A stretch of 64,000 nucleotides of DNA. Source: Paraphysomonas bandaiensis (Eukaryota > Protista > Chrysophyceae). Each line of letters starts with the position of its first letter. The stretch's first letter is position 1. The stretch spans positions 62,001 through 126,000 of the forward strand of contig CBFFRP010000210.1 of assembly GCA_965644295.1 (NCBI GenBank), given 5' to 3'. Positions 47,769-59,234 of this stretch are shown in pieces. A model generated the notes under the pieces. That model worked only from the letters and a program-made list of their open reading frames with translations. It did not search any database and was not told the origin of the DNA. A program made the translations under genes and the position numbers.

Positions 47769-47895
47769 AGATATGTTCGATCATATACTCCATATGGTTA
47801 TCTGGCGGTGTTTGGTATGCATATATCTGAACAACCATCACAATTATAGGCATCTATACAACTATACAATACCAACATAATCATATCCATAAGCA

Positions 47896-48660
47896 ATGTC
47901 AGTTTACATCCCACCTCATAAACGACACAATGTTGTTGGAACACTCACTCAGTGTTGGACACGTAAGTCAGGTGAACCGGGTTATCTCGGTCCCATGGTA
48001 TTCCCATCACCTAATGGGAGTGGTCTGGGTATGGTCGGTCGCCCTCATATCAGATTCAACACTCCTAGACAATCAATCACTGGAACATTTTCATTCAATA
48101 GTAATGATGATCAATTGAATATTGCTGTAGGATGTGAATCGGGTTATGATACTGATATATTTGGTGATCCGAGAACAGGTGTACTAATGCATCTCTGGAG
48201 TGGCGGGATATTCGCTGTTAGGATTCGTCCAAGTGCTAATGAGCGTGACGTAAACTTTCGTATGGCTTTACCCGTGAAACCAACTGGTGGTACTCGACTT
48301 CGTTTCGATGTACAGCTGCAGACTGAGTGGGAGAATTGTGTTTCAATTCGTATTGTTGAACTGCTGGAAGGTGATGTGGATGGGTACGATACTGGCCCCA
48401 TTGCTATATTAGTACCTGCATCTACATTTGGTGAAGGAGTCGCTGTTATTTATAATCGTGAGAATGGTAATTATTCAACTCTTGAGTCTTTGGTGGTAGA
48501 TGGATTAGATATGATGCCATCAGTCCTTGAATTACTAACTTCGGGGAATAACTCTCAAAATGGAATTATTACGCAACAGGAAGAAGAAAGGGATGATTCT
48601 GATTTGCGCATAGATATTAATCCTGGATTAAAATGGGCTACTACTACAAAGTGGAACTGA
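47896..48660 (+). CDS. Hypothetical protein (254 aa, beta-rich, N-terminal YIPPHKR)
   Basis: ATG-initiated intronless ORF with protein-like composition; no family recognised. Confidence 0.65.
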   Translation: MSVYIPPHKRHNVVGTLTQCWTRKSGEPGYLGPMVFPSPNGSGLGMVGRPHIRFNTPRQSITGTFSFNSNDDQLNIAVGCESGYDTDIFGDPRTGVLMHLWSGGIFAVRIRPSANERDVNFRMALPVKPTGGTRLRFDVQLQTEWENCVSIRIVELLEGDVDGYDTGPIAILVPASTFGEGVAVIYNRENGNYSTLESLVVDGLDMMPSVLELLTSGNNSQNGIITQQEEERDDSDLRIDINPGLKWATTTKWN

Positions 48661-49587
48661 CGTTTCGAGTTGTAATAATTTGATTTTATTAGGTTATTTA
48701 TATGACCCTTTATATTAAGTAAAGTAACTTATACATTACTTATATGATTTGTTTTCATTCATAATAAATTCACCTAAATTTATTCATATTATATAGCCTT
48801 CCGAATTGAATGGATTCCACCAGCACAAACTGTAGCGTATAGTATTAATGCTATTCTATTTGAATTTAGCTATACTCACTATTAAGATATACATCAGACA
48901 TAAGGGTTAGGGTTATGAGAAATCATAACAAAGGTGGACACGGGTGGGGCGGCAGCAGAATCTGCGCGTGATCTATGCGGTCAGCGCGGTCAGCTACGTT
49001 GGTACACGGGTAGGCGAGTGGTAGAATCGGTGCTATATCTTGGTGGTGTACCAGCCAGCCTACACTATGGCCATGCCCTCGGAATGGGGCAGACATGCTT
49101 TCAGTATTTTAGTGTGTTAAATTCGAATGCAGTGATAAGCCAACTTTTCACTGCATATTCTTACTTCTTACTATAAGTGTGCAGAACTTGCTTACCACCA
49201 CTTGTTAAACTGATATACTGTCGCGACGTAATCCATGATATTTCCATCTAGTATGCAATTAGACTATGTACATTGTTTATTTCCATAAAATGTTGAGTAT
49301 ATTACATATTTTCAGTGCCCTAGATTCTAAACTGGTAATCTTCATCAGTACAGAGAGAGATATGGACCAAGCAGAGACAACATGTATGCATATATTGTAG
49401 GTGTATCATGATCAAAGATTCGATAACGATAACTTTTAAGTTTGACACAGTAATATTAGTGCAATTGAAAATAAATAGGGCGGCAAAAGCACAGTACTAA
49501 GCACTGATCGAAGAATATTAGAAAAACGGAATACAGCGGGTATTCGCGAAGCACACTATTCTTGATTATTACATCATACTATTCCAT

Positions 49588-50663
49588 TTAGTTCGTAGCC
49601 GTTAGAACTCTAGCTCTACCAAGCTTTGAAGTAACCAGTATTTTCTTCGAGCTAATATCAGCGTCTATGCTAGTGATGGCTGAGGGCTCCTGAAGTAGAC
49701 GCTGATTTACCTCTATAACAGCCTTGCCAACGCTATCACGACCTGGTCTACGTCTACCCCTACCCCCACCCAACACATCAAACTCCATACAGGCTACGGT
49801 ACCGTCCGAAGCACCAGAAAGCACTGCACCTTCGATGAAGGGATGCGCACACAGTGCAGTCACTATAAGGCATGAGTATAAATAAAGGACAGAAAAAAGA
49901 AATACAGATGGTAGCACTTACCGGATGAATTCGAGGCGTGGATTTCATGCGATATATAGCCATCCCTGCGAGTATCCCATTGCACAATTCGTCCATCCGA
50001 GGTACCGCACAAAATGTCATAGTCATTGACGTAGCTGGTGAGCACCGAAGTAAGTCGGGCGACAGTATTCTCAGTAGGACGAGTTGAGGAACGAACCATT
50101 GCCGGACTACCAGTGCGTATATCCCACACTTTCAGCTGCGCACTGTTGGAAGGACCCAATGAAAGAATATGACCAGAGTTCGAGTATTTGACGATATCCA
50201 CACCACAGAACTCTGCGTTGAACCTGACCACCTCAGAGGCAGATGTGAGGTCACGCACAATAACATCACCACACTCATTAGACGCAGCCAATTGACTGTA
50301 CTGTCCATAATAAGCGAGGGACGTATACACAGAGTCCTCTTTCTCAGTGATTTGATAGAATCCATCATCAGGAGATATCCACACATCTGTTCCGTCACTC
50401 TGAATCTCAACTACAGACAGAGCGCCTCTTCCCTCTATATTAGTGCCCACTGCAACAAAAGATTTTGAATATCTTGTAACACTTCCGACTTCCATAGCTG
50501 AACATGTCCCTCTAATTTCTATCTTATTACCAGACGAGAACTCCGACTCCACAGACACTAACTCAATAGGAGTTGAACGATTACTGCTACCAGACAAAAC
50601 AACTCGATCACTACCAACAAAACGACCACCAGTCATGGTGTATGATAAAGACAAAGTGGTCAT
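49588..50663 (-). CDS. WD40-repeat protein (possibly Nup43-like)
   Basis: LKVWDIR, GTSDGRIVQWDTR, SGASDG; one intron at about 49861-49920. Confidence 0.75.
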
Positions 50664-50742
50664 ATTAGACAATAAGTAGACAAACTATATATGCACTAGA
50701 ACTCCACTACCAAACTGCTGCATAACATACATGAACATCTAG

Positions 50743-51061
50743 GTATGTATGTATGTATGTATGTATGTATGTATGTATGTATGTATGTATGTATGTATGT
50801 ATGTATGTATGTATGTATGTATGTATGTATGTATGTATGTATGTATGTATGTATGTATGTATGTATGTATGTATGTATGTATGTATGTATGTATGTATGT
50901 ATGTATGTATGTATGTATGTATGTATGTATGTATGTATGTATGTATGTATGTATGTATGTATGTATGTATGTATGTATGTATGTATGTATGTATGTATGT
51001 ATGTATGTATGTATGTATGTATGTATGTATGTATGTATGTATGTATGTATGTATGTATGTG

Positions 51062-51093
<32 letters not shown>

Positions 51094-51343
51094 TGTATGT
51101 ATGTATGTATGTATGTATGTATGTATGTATGTATGTATGTATGTATGTATGTATGTATGTATGTATGTATGTATGTATGTATGTATGTATGTATGTATGT
51201 ATGTATGTATGTATGTATGTATGTATGTATGTATGTATGTATGTATGTATGTATGTATGTATGTATGTATGTATGTATGTATGTATGTATGTATGTATGT
51301 ATGTATGTATGTATGTATGTATGTATGTATGTATGTATGTATG
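50743..51343 (-). repeat. (TACA)n/(GTAT)n microsatellite, about 600 bp
   Basis: Fills most of the space between the divergent WD40 and MFS start codons. Confidence 0.98.
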
Positions 51344-51398
51344 GGTCATGTCAGTGATGTGTATCTGCATCTTCTAGTCGTTCATCTGCATTGTTACT

Positions 51399-53189
51399 AT
51401 GCTTCGTAAATCTTTTAGGGGGTTATTATTATCTCGAGATGTGTCTCATCTCTCTCGTAGTTTATCTCTAGTAGCTGATGACTCTTATAACAGATGGCGA
51501 GTGGTTCCCCCCGCTGTATTGACACACCTCTCTATAGGGAGCGTATACTCATGGAGTCTATTCAATCAACCACTTTCACAGTGTATTGGTGTACTCTCTC
51601 CCTCTAGTGGTGACTGGGATATGTCAAGTGTAGTGCCTATATTCAGTACAGCTATATGTGCTGCTGGGTTAACTGCTGCTCTTGCTGGGCCAGTCACTGA
51701 ACGATATGGTCCCCGTGCATCTGTATTTGCTGCAGGTCTCTGTTGGGGAGGTGGACTTGCTCTTTCTGCTCTGGGAGTTGAGATGCACTCTCTTCCATTG
51801 GTGTACTTGGGATATGGTGTATTGGGGGGTATCGGTGTGGGACTGGCATATGCTCCGCCGGTTGCAACCCTCATGCGCTGGTTTCCAGATAGGAAAGGCT
51901 TAGCATCAGGTATGGCCATCGGTGGATTTGGTGCTGGAGCAATGGTTGCTGCACCGGTAATAAAATACGTCATGGAAATGAACTTCACGGCACCGACGTT
52001 TCTGGGCCCGGAGGCTGAGACAGTATACCGAAATGGGCGATTGGAGGATGTATCTAGTGGACTTGAAGTGGTCATTGCCACATGCAAAGAGATTTCATCG
52101 CTGGGTCTGCCGTTTTCGTTAGAGGAAGGGGCCTATCTGGCTGGAACAGGGAACAATGGGGCAGCTGCTGCAATGCTCTCTCTTGGAGTGGCCTATACAG
52201 GTCTGATGTGTTTAGCATCACTTGGTTATCGAGTTCCGCGAGATGGATGGGTACCGGAGGGGTATACCCCACCAGATAATACTACTTCCTCTTCTGGCAG
52301 TGCTCCTGTCTCATCGAGCTCACTCGTTTTGCCTTCGAACACGTATGTGTCTCTAGAGGCCGCTACCCGCACCCCGCAATTCGCTCAGATCTGGACCGCT
52401 TTGTTTCTCAATACCACAGCCGGTATCGCTGTGCTAGGTGTAGCCAAAACGTTAATGTCTGATGTATTTGGTAGCACTATGCCTACTCTTGTTGATGCCT
52501 CTTTTTGTGGAGCGTATGTGGCTGCCCTCTCTGCGGCCAATGGCCTCGGTCGACTGGGATGGGCCACTATCTCCGATAAAATAGGCAGGAAGAGTACATA
52601 CACACTTTACTTTGCTCTGGGGATTCCTCTTTACTTGTCTGTACCGTACGCAGCGCATATGGCCGGTGTTGGTGCTGGTATGGTTCCTCTGACTCTTTTT
52701 ACCGTGTCAACAGTGACCATCATATCTATGTATGGAGGCGGATTTTCGGTAGCTCCAGCTTATCTGTCCGATCTATTCGGTAGTAAGGAGGTGGGCCCAA
52801 TATATGGGAGACTACTGACGGCATGGAGTGCGGCGGGCCTTGTGGGACCTACTCTTCTCTCACAGTTGAGGAAGATGTCCGAAGAGGATACGATTAAGGT
52901 CCTCGCAAGTAATGTAGACCCAGATGTTTTCCGCAGTAAATTCAGCCTACCTGTTGAGCACCTTCAAGAGCTGATAGATAGTAAAGCGGTCACAATCGCA
53001 AAGCTGTTACCGCTAGCGCCTGAGGGTACCATTGATCCTACACCGTTCTTGTACGATTCTACTATGGCCACTATGAGCGGAATGCTAGCGCTTGGCCTCA
53101 TCAGCAATATGTCGGTCAGGCCAGTAGATCCTAAGCTTCACATTACACTACCCACAAACCCAACAACTCCGCCTGTCATGCGGTCGTAA
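51399..53189 (+). CDS. MFS transporter, OFA (oxalate:formate antiporter / monocarboxylate) family
   Basis: HLSIGSVYSWS, ERYGPR, WFPDRKGLASG, NGLGRLGWATISDKIGRK, YGGGF, LLTAWSAAG; about 12 TM segments; intronless. Confidence 0.9.
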   Translation: MLRKSFRGLLLSRDVSHLSRSLSLVADDSYNRWRVVPPAVLTHLSIGSVYSWSLFNQPLSQCIGVLSPSSGDWDMSSVVPIFSTAICAAGLTAALAGPVTERYGPRASVFAAGLCWGGGLALSALGVEMHSLPLVYLGYGVLGGIGVGLAYAPPVATLMRWFPDRKGLASGMAIGGFGAGAMVAAPVIKYVMEMNFTAPTFLGPEAETVYRNGRLEDVSSGLEVVIATCKEISSLGLPFSLEEGAYLAGTGNNGAAAAMLSLGVAYTGLMCLASLGYRVPRDGWVPEGYTPPDNTTSSSGSAPVSSSSLVLPSNTYVSLEAATRTPQFAQIWTALFLNTTAGIAVLGVAKTLMSDVFGSTMPTLVDASFCGAYVAALSAANGLGRLGWATISDKIGRKSTYTLYFALGIPLYLSVPYAAHMAGVGAGMVPLTLFTVSTVTIISMYGGGFSVAPAYLSDLFGSKEVGPIYGRLLTAWSAAGLVGPTLLSQLRKMSEEDTIKVLASNVDPDVFRSKFSLPVEHLQELIDSKAVTIAKLLPLAPEGTIDPTPFLYDSTMATMSGMLALGLISNMSVRPVDPKLHITLPTNPTTPPVMRS

Positions 53190-54263
53190 ATACAGTGAGG
53201 TGCTTTTGCGTGTGTTGTATATGAAGATTTTTGGAGTTCGTATGTTATGTAGTGAGTCTTTGTGCCATCGTTTCTTGATGAGGTTGTAAAATAACTCATT
53301 TTTGAAATTGGGAATGATTATTTTCTATGCAATTTCTAAATTCTATATTTCTAAATTTTCTGAAATATATACAGATATCTGATTCCCCAACTGGATGAGA
53401 TCTGAGTTTGAGTTGACTGGGTCAGAATGTTGTACACTATGCCGATTCCAATCGTCAATGGGTGCCCAGTTAATGAAAAATGTCCCTGCTATTATAATGG
53501 CCATTTATGGTCCATTAACACCTAACTAGATAATAACGCTATTTATATCAGACTACGAATCGTAACTACGTAGATACACATCATCATTCTTCTCTCCCTC
53601 TACTGGCACAATTGTTGACAAAAGCTCTAAATTATTAGCATTCAGACATCCCTACCTTATTGCAAGCGACAACTAATTGCACAAGACAACTATCTACACA
53701 CCCTGGTTGTGGGCTTGACGAACATCCAAGGTGTCCTGCACCTTGTCCGAAAGCGCCTCAATAAGGATCTTCTTGCAAGGCTGCATATAAGGAGGGTATT
53801 AACATTCCTTAGCTTTTAATTTTCCTCTTAAATGAGCAAAGTTGCGACAAAGGAGTTGTAGTTGCATGAACACGGCTTAGAGTTTCTTTGGAGAATAGAG
53901 GAGGTGCTATATCTTCAAAACACTTAATTTTCTATAGCATATATCAAGTACCAGTAAAAGCCATTAATGGTCCATTAATAGGTGACCAGCAATTATAATG
54001 CCATTAATTAAAAATGTCCCGGCAATTATAATGGCATTACCATTAAGGGCCCATTTATGGTTACCAGTTACCAGGCCCTGATTCCCATATAATGGGGCTT
54101 CACAATAACATTGAGAAATGTAAAATATTGAAAGTCTGAATGTCACAAGACTCGGTAATACTCTAATAAGAAACCATACACTGCTGCTATACTATGCTAA
54201 TTTCTAAGTGAAAAAAAATCACTGCATCGTACGACATCAAAAGACACGTCACATTACACTGCA

Positions 54264-55784
54264 TCACGAGAACTCGAAGCCGCTCTCTTCTAGCAACTTC
54301 CTCTTTTTAGCAGATATTGACATGTTTCCTCCTATTGTATAAGTGGTATAAACAGATAGCATGCGATACCACGAAGCACATAAAATTACCTGATAATACC
54401 CTCTTATCAATAAAAAGTTCACGGCACCTCACATACGGATCGACTCTGATATCATGAACAGTTACAGGATCTGCGGTCTCACTACGGTCATACGAGGGCC
54501 AGTGTTTGGAGATTGTCTGCAGCATTTGTAGCACACGGCTTTGAATTCTATCGACCTTAAGAAGTGATTAGCAATTGAGAGGTCCAAGGCTTAGTTTAAA
54601 TTCTCACCAAAATACTGTCGGTGTATCCGTCTCCGTCAGACCGAGCGATGCAAATCACTTTCGGCCCTGACCCAAAATGTTGCACACATGAATTAATAAA
54701 CTCTGCCAGGGACTTCATCAGTTCCTCTATTTCATCCCAAGGGCTTTCATGGTGCGGCAATGTTGCTATCATGGTGATATCTGTTACTACATGAACCAAC
54801 ACAAGATGAAGAATAGTTGTGGATACCATTCTCCCGGATGGCAGTGCGCATTGGCCCATCCAGACTATCAATCAAAGATATAAATCTCTGTGCCGGACGC
54901 CGACCACTGCATTTTCCCAAGCAAGTCACCTGTTCTCTCTCCGCCGGATCCGACTCACAGGTGCAGTTGAAGAGGCTCAAGAACCTCTCTCGCCTGGATC
55001 TAGCTACTTTGTGGAGTTCACACACATCCACACCTGGTGCGCACCTACAATCACTGCTAGTTTCACTTAATAAATCATCTACAAGATTCCGAAACTCTTT
55101 CTGCTCTTTTCTTCGGGTCGATGATGAATATTTTTCATCATGAGTGACAAGTTTAGAACGAAATCGCACAGAAAGATACATCTCTCTTAATATCTCTACC
55201 GTGTCTTCTGGACAATTGTATGCACTAATATTGCTCTCCAAATCTACTAAGAAAGGATTGGATACAGTGAAGTAGTCCAAACATATATCCAGTATCCAGT
55301 CGTTACTGTTGCAAGAGGATGCATTGAATGAATAGTCACTATCAGTACAGTACACTGAAAGATCCACAGAGCAGGTATGAGTAAGCTCTGATTGGTCATA
55401 GACAAGTCCTTCATCATAGTAATATGGTTCTTGACATGTAACAGCAGCCAAACCATCACTATTATCGCCTATTAAGAACTGATAGTGTCCTGCATTGAAC
55501 TGATCAGACCAATAAGGACATAACCACACGATATGGGACACATGACCGTTAACAATTAAAGGTAATATAAATTCTGATATGGATCCATTTGATTCCATTA
55601 GAGTGTATAGATGAGATGCGTCAGATAGAGATGAGAGTGTGTCTGCAGGGGGCACGAGATCAGGATGGGAGTCGATATGAATGAGTGATACATTGCTAGA
55701 TGGAAGGAGATTAATACGGTAACAGGAATGGAGGAATGGGATTATATCACAGTGATCATCAACAATACAACAGTGGATTGTCAT
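54264..55784 (-). CDS. UPF0489 / C5orf22-like protein
   Basis: IVDDH, HIDSHPDL, ISEFILP, LDICLDYF, LPHH, IARS..DGY. Four exons; the last ends ...AKKRKLLEESGFEFS-stop. Confidence 0.85.
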
Positions 55785-55914
55785 GTTTCTTATGAGGTGA
55801 TCATCTTAAGGCTCATATATATATATATGTATGTATATGTGTGTGTATATGCTGTATGGTGGGTGTATATGTATGTATAGTATGTATTCTATGTACCATG
55901 TATGTCCATTCTCT

Positions 55915-56098
55915 CATAGAGACGTTTTTCGACAAAGCGGACCAGTCTGGTCCCACTTAATTTTTTTGTATTGTGTTTTTCGTATGGAACATGAGTGTAG
56001 AGCTTTGAAATTGTAGTCAAAATGAGTACAATTTTTTTATTTCGAGTGGGACCAAATACAGTCCGACAAGTGGAGGGTGTCAAAAAACGTCTCCTATG
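55915..56098. mobile_element. MITE family A, copy 2 (inverted relative to 1415-1617)
   Basis: High identity to the reverse complement of 1415-1617, with small deletions near one TIR. Confidence 0.85.
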
Positions 56099-56497
56099 CA
56101 GAGTGCCGTATACTGCCGTAGTGCGTGTCTACTGCTGTACATGAAGATGTATGTATATTTACAATAGTATCATCAGTACAGCTTCCTACAGCAGTACAGC
56201 AGTACAATATACAGCAGTACAGCAGTACAGCTTTCTACAGCAGCTGTAGTATACCCATATGTGTATGATCTCTACATATGATCGAGTGTACAGTCCATAC
56301 TATCAACCACACCAACGGCACTGCTTGTCTATGTCAGTGGGTTGGACTGGATACATCAGATCATCTAGTTCGACCAATGTTGACGTCAGCAGAACTCATT
56401 CGAATAATTAAATGTTAATGTGTTGTACTGATATGATAACAATCCCTCGTATATACATAGTTAACCATAGATAGATAGATCACATCATATTATCATC

Positions 56498-57079
56498 ATG
56501 AAGAGGCATATTACCACACATTCCATTCCTGAAAAGAGACCGAAGTTAGAGAAATATATGATCGGTCCTGTACCCCTCTATGAGCCGTCCATTAGACCAT
56601 ATGAATCATCTTATATCAGTGACTGTCACAGCAGTCAAATCAATCACTCGTCCGCCTCTTCCGTTTCTATATCTGATTCTTATGAATTATCGAACTTAAG
56701 TACATATGAGATGTATCTTACAGATGCAGAAGACAATGATGTTTATTCAGATGATGAGCCTTCCGATGACACCACCTCCAGTTCGAACGCCAACCAGATG
56801 AGTCACCGCTCCGTGGATCGAAAAACTATACACAATGTGCAACGTCAATGTGACGTTAAAGACGAACAACCCCCCGATAAATATGATACGAGTCGTAACA
56901 GTGGACAGCAGACGTATACACTGAAAGACCTCATTAAGGCTGACTTCAAGGCACGGCTGAGAAGAAGCGGAATGGAATATACTGATGCGGCATTTGACAC
57001 CTTCATGCATGCTGTGTATAAATGTATTCTTTCGAAACACGAGGAATGTGGAGGAACGGTTAAAACCGAAATGAATTAA
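56498..57079 (+). CDS. Hypothetical protein (193 aa, Ser/Asp-rich)
   Basis: ATG-initiated ORF with an NLS-like KRPK; no family recognised. Confidence 0.5.
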   Translation: MKRHITTHSIPEKRPKLEKYMIGPVPLYEPSIRPYESSYISDCHSSQINHSSASSVSISDSYELSNLSTYEMYLTDAEDNDVYSDDEPSDDTTSSSNANQMSHRSVDRKTIHNVQRQCDVKDEQPPDKYDTSRNSGQQTYTLKDLIKADFKARLRRSGMEYTDAAFDTFMHAVYKCILSKHEECGGTVKTEMN

Positions 57080-58104
57080 TGATGCGGCAGCCAACTTGTT
57101 GACGTTATATCTGGCACTGCCTACTGTAGTATTCTACTTTAGCACATATCATGCATTAGTAAAGCGAAAATATTATGACATATTGCGCGAGAATTTATGA
57201 CTTTGTGTATTTAGTTGATGTGTTTAGTAATAAATTATTCCAGTCGAAGGTTGAAAATGCAATACAGATTAAACTCGTATTCTCCCGTACAAAACCACAA
57301 ATTCTATAATACGTGATATCTCAGTTGTGACAATATCCTCCTCCTTGTGTTCAAGTAGACTTGCAAATATATTATATTATAGTTCTGGAACTTTTAATTT
57401 TGTGAAACAAGAAAGTTATGGTATTAATTTATTGGGTATCAACAGCAACTACATTGTATGACAGATAGTGTCACCAGATGCAGTGACAAAAATTCATGAC
57501 TGGAGCGACTTTTTGTTTGTGTTCTAGATCATGGGATCTATCATTGCACCGACCAAGTCAATTTGGTAGAATAACCTAGTCACATAAAAATTGGTTTATA
57601 AGTCTAGTCATTAAATAACTCATCTTTCCAGTTTACCGAAGACATGTTGACTCGGTGTTTATAGTACTCATTTAGTCTAAAACATGGTAAAATATTCTAC
57701 CAATCATGTAAGGAATACAGACATTGTATACACATAATATATATAATTTTCTCGTGTTTAGAAGGTAGATAATAAATGAGACCCTATTTTAAACAACTCG
57801 ATTATCTGAATTATTTAATAGATAGTTGTTTGATGGTGTATTTTGAATAAAAGATCTTTTGTGGTGGCAAGCCTCATGGCCTTACTTTTCCATATGTAAC
57901 CAAAAAATTGTCAACGACAACTATAATTAGATTCTTTTTCTACGTTACCAATATCGCAGTCATTGATATGGGGTAGTCTGATCCGATTAACTTCTAGTAC
58001 ACCTCTTCGCATGGATAATTCTAGTAGAATCCAAACAGAGCTAACTTTGGAGTCGCTTTCATATAAAGAAAGACGATTGTAGGGCGCAAAGAGCCTAAAG
58101 CACT

Positions 58105-58300
58105 CCTACATCGATACTGACATCCGTTCCAACATCTATACCGACCTCTATGCCATTGTCCGTTCCTACGTCGGCACCGACATCTGTCTCTACCTCAATC
58201 CCTACCTCCATACCATCCTCCACAGCGACATCTGTACCACTTCTATTCCTACATCATTACCAACATCTGTTCCCACTTCTGTTCCTACCTCATTGCCTAG
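58105..58300 (+). repeat. Degenerate 12-bp coding-type repeat (PTSx mucin-like), probable gene relic
   Basis: Translates as PTSIPTSMP..PTSAPTSV..PTSLPTSVPTSVPTSLP with a frameshift and no intact surrounding ORF. Confidence 0.6.
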
Positions 58301-59234
58301 ATGAAGATTGATGTACTTAACATTTGTGTGGTAGCCAAATGAGGTGGAAGGGATTGAACCTGACTGAGAGCGGAAGAATAAACAAATATCATCACACTTG
58401 TCTGTTGCATGATATTTGCTCAAATATGCTACTCATGTTTACTTCATCTCAGTATTAGTGCCCATAACTCAGTGTGAGATATTTGAGTGCATATTCTCCC
58501 GTTACATTGCAGTGTATCATACTACGAGTGCAGTACATCATAATACAGTATAGGATACTAATCAAGGTAAGGAATAAGATACCATCCAATGGCATCGCAG
58601 GTCATTCCCCTGAAACTGGGGACAATCGAGCTAGGATACGAGTGCTATGTGCTAGCTGTCGTACGAATGAGAAGAGCGAGGGCTGCATCTGATATCTTAT
58701 GCATGTACAGTATGTATACATACAGCCACATGATCTAAAACCTAAAAACCCAAGGTTTTCTAGAAAGGTTGGGGTTTCATGCATATATACTGTACATCAA
58801 CACCACTGCCTCCAATATCATACTGGTGTATTCCACGGTATATACAGTATGTATGTTATATACAGATCTTGTACGTACTGCTGATTGTACGTGTATCTTA
58901 TTATTCGGAAATATTATGAAGCAAAACTCTTCTATATTACTGAGCTATAACTACAGCTGGAATACAGATAATTGTTGTCTCAATATTAGAGGCATCTTTG
59001 AACAAAAATATACAAAGGATGCCTATACGTGTATGTATATATATGTATATGTGTATATGTATAAGATGAGGGATGTACTGTACACTGCTGTGTACTGCTG
59101 TATGTCTCAGCTGTGTGTTCCTGTAGCCATCTATACATACATACATATATATATATGGATCTATCGAGCCATACTCATAACTCGAAGTATCACTATCATA
59201 ACTATACATCTCTTATCATTCTAATCACCTCTCT

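Noticed and set aside
48901-48916. Telomere-like TTAGGG
   Set aside because: Only about two units; expected by chance.
29942-51409. Long MYVC/YIHT ORFs at about 30.0, 47.0 and 50.7 kb (and 12.5-12.9 kb)
   Set aside because: They are translations of (TACA)n microsatellites, which have no stop codon in any frame.
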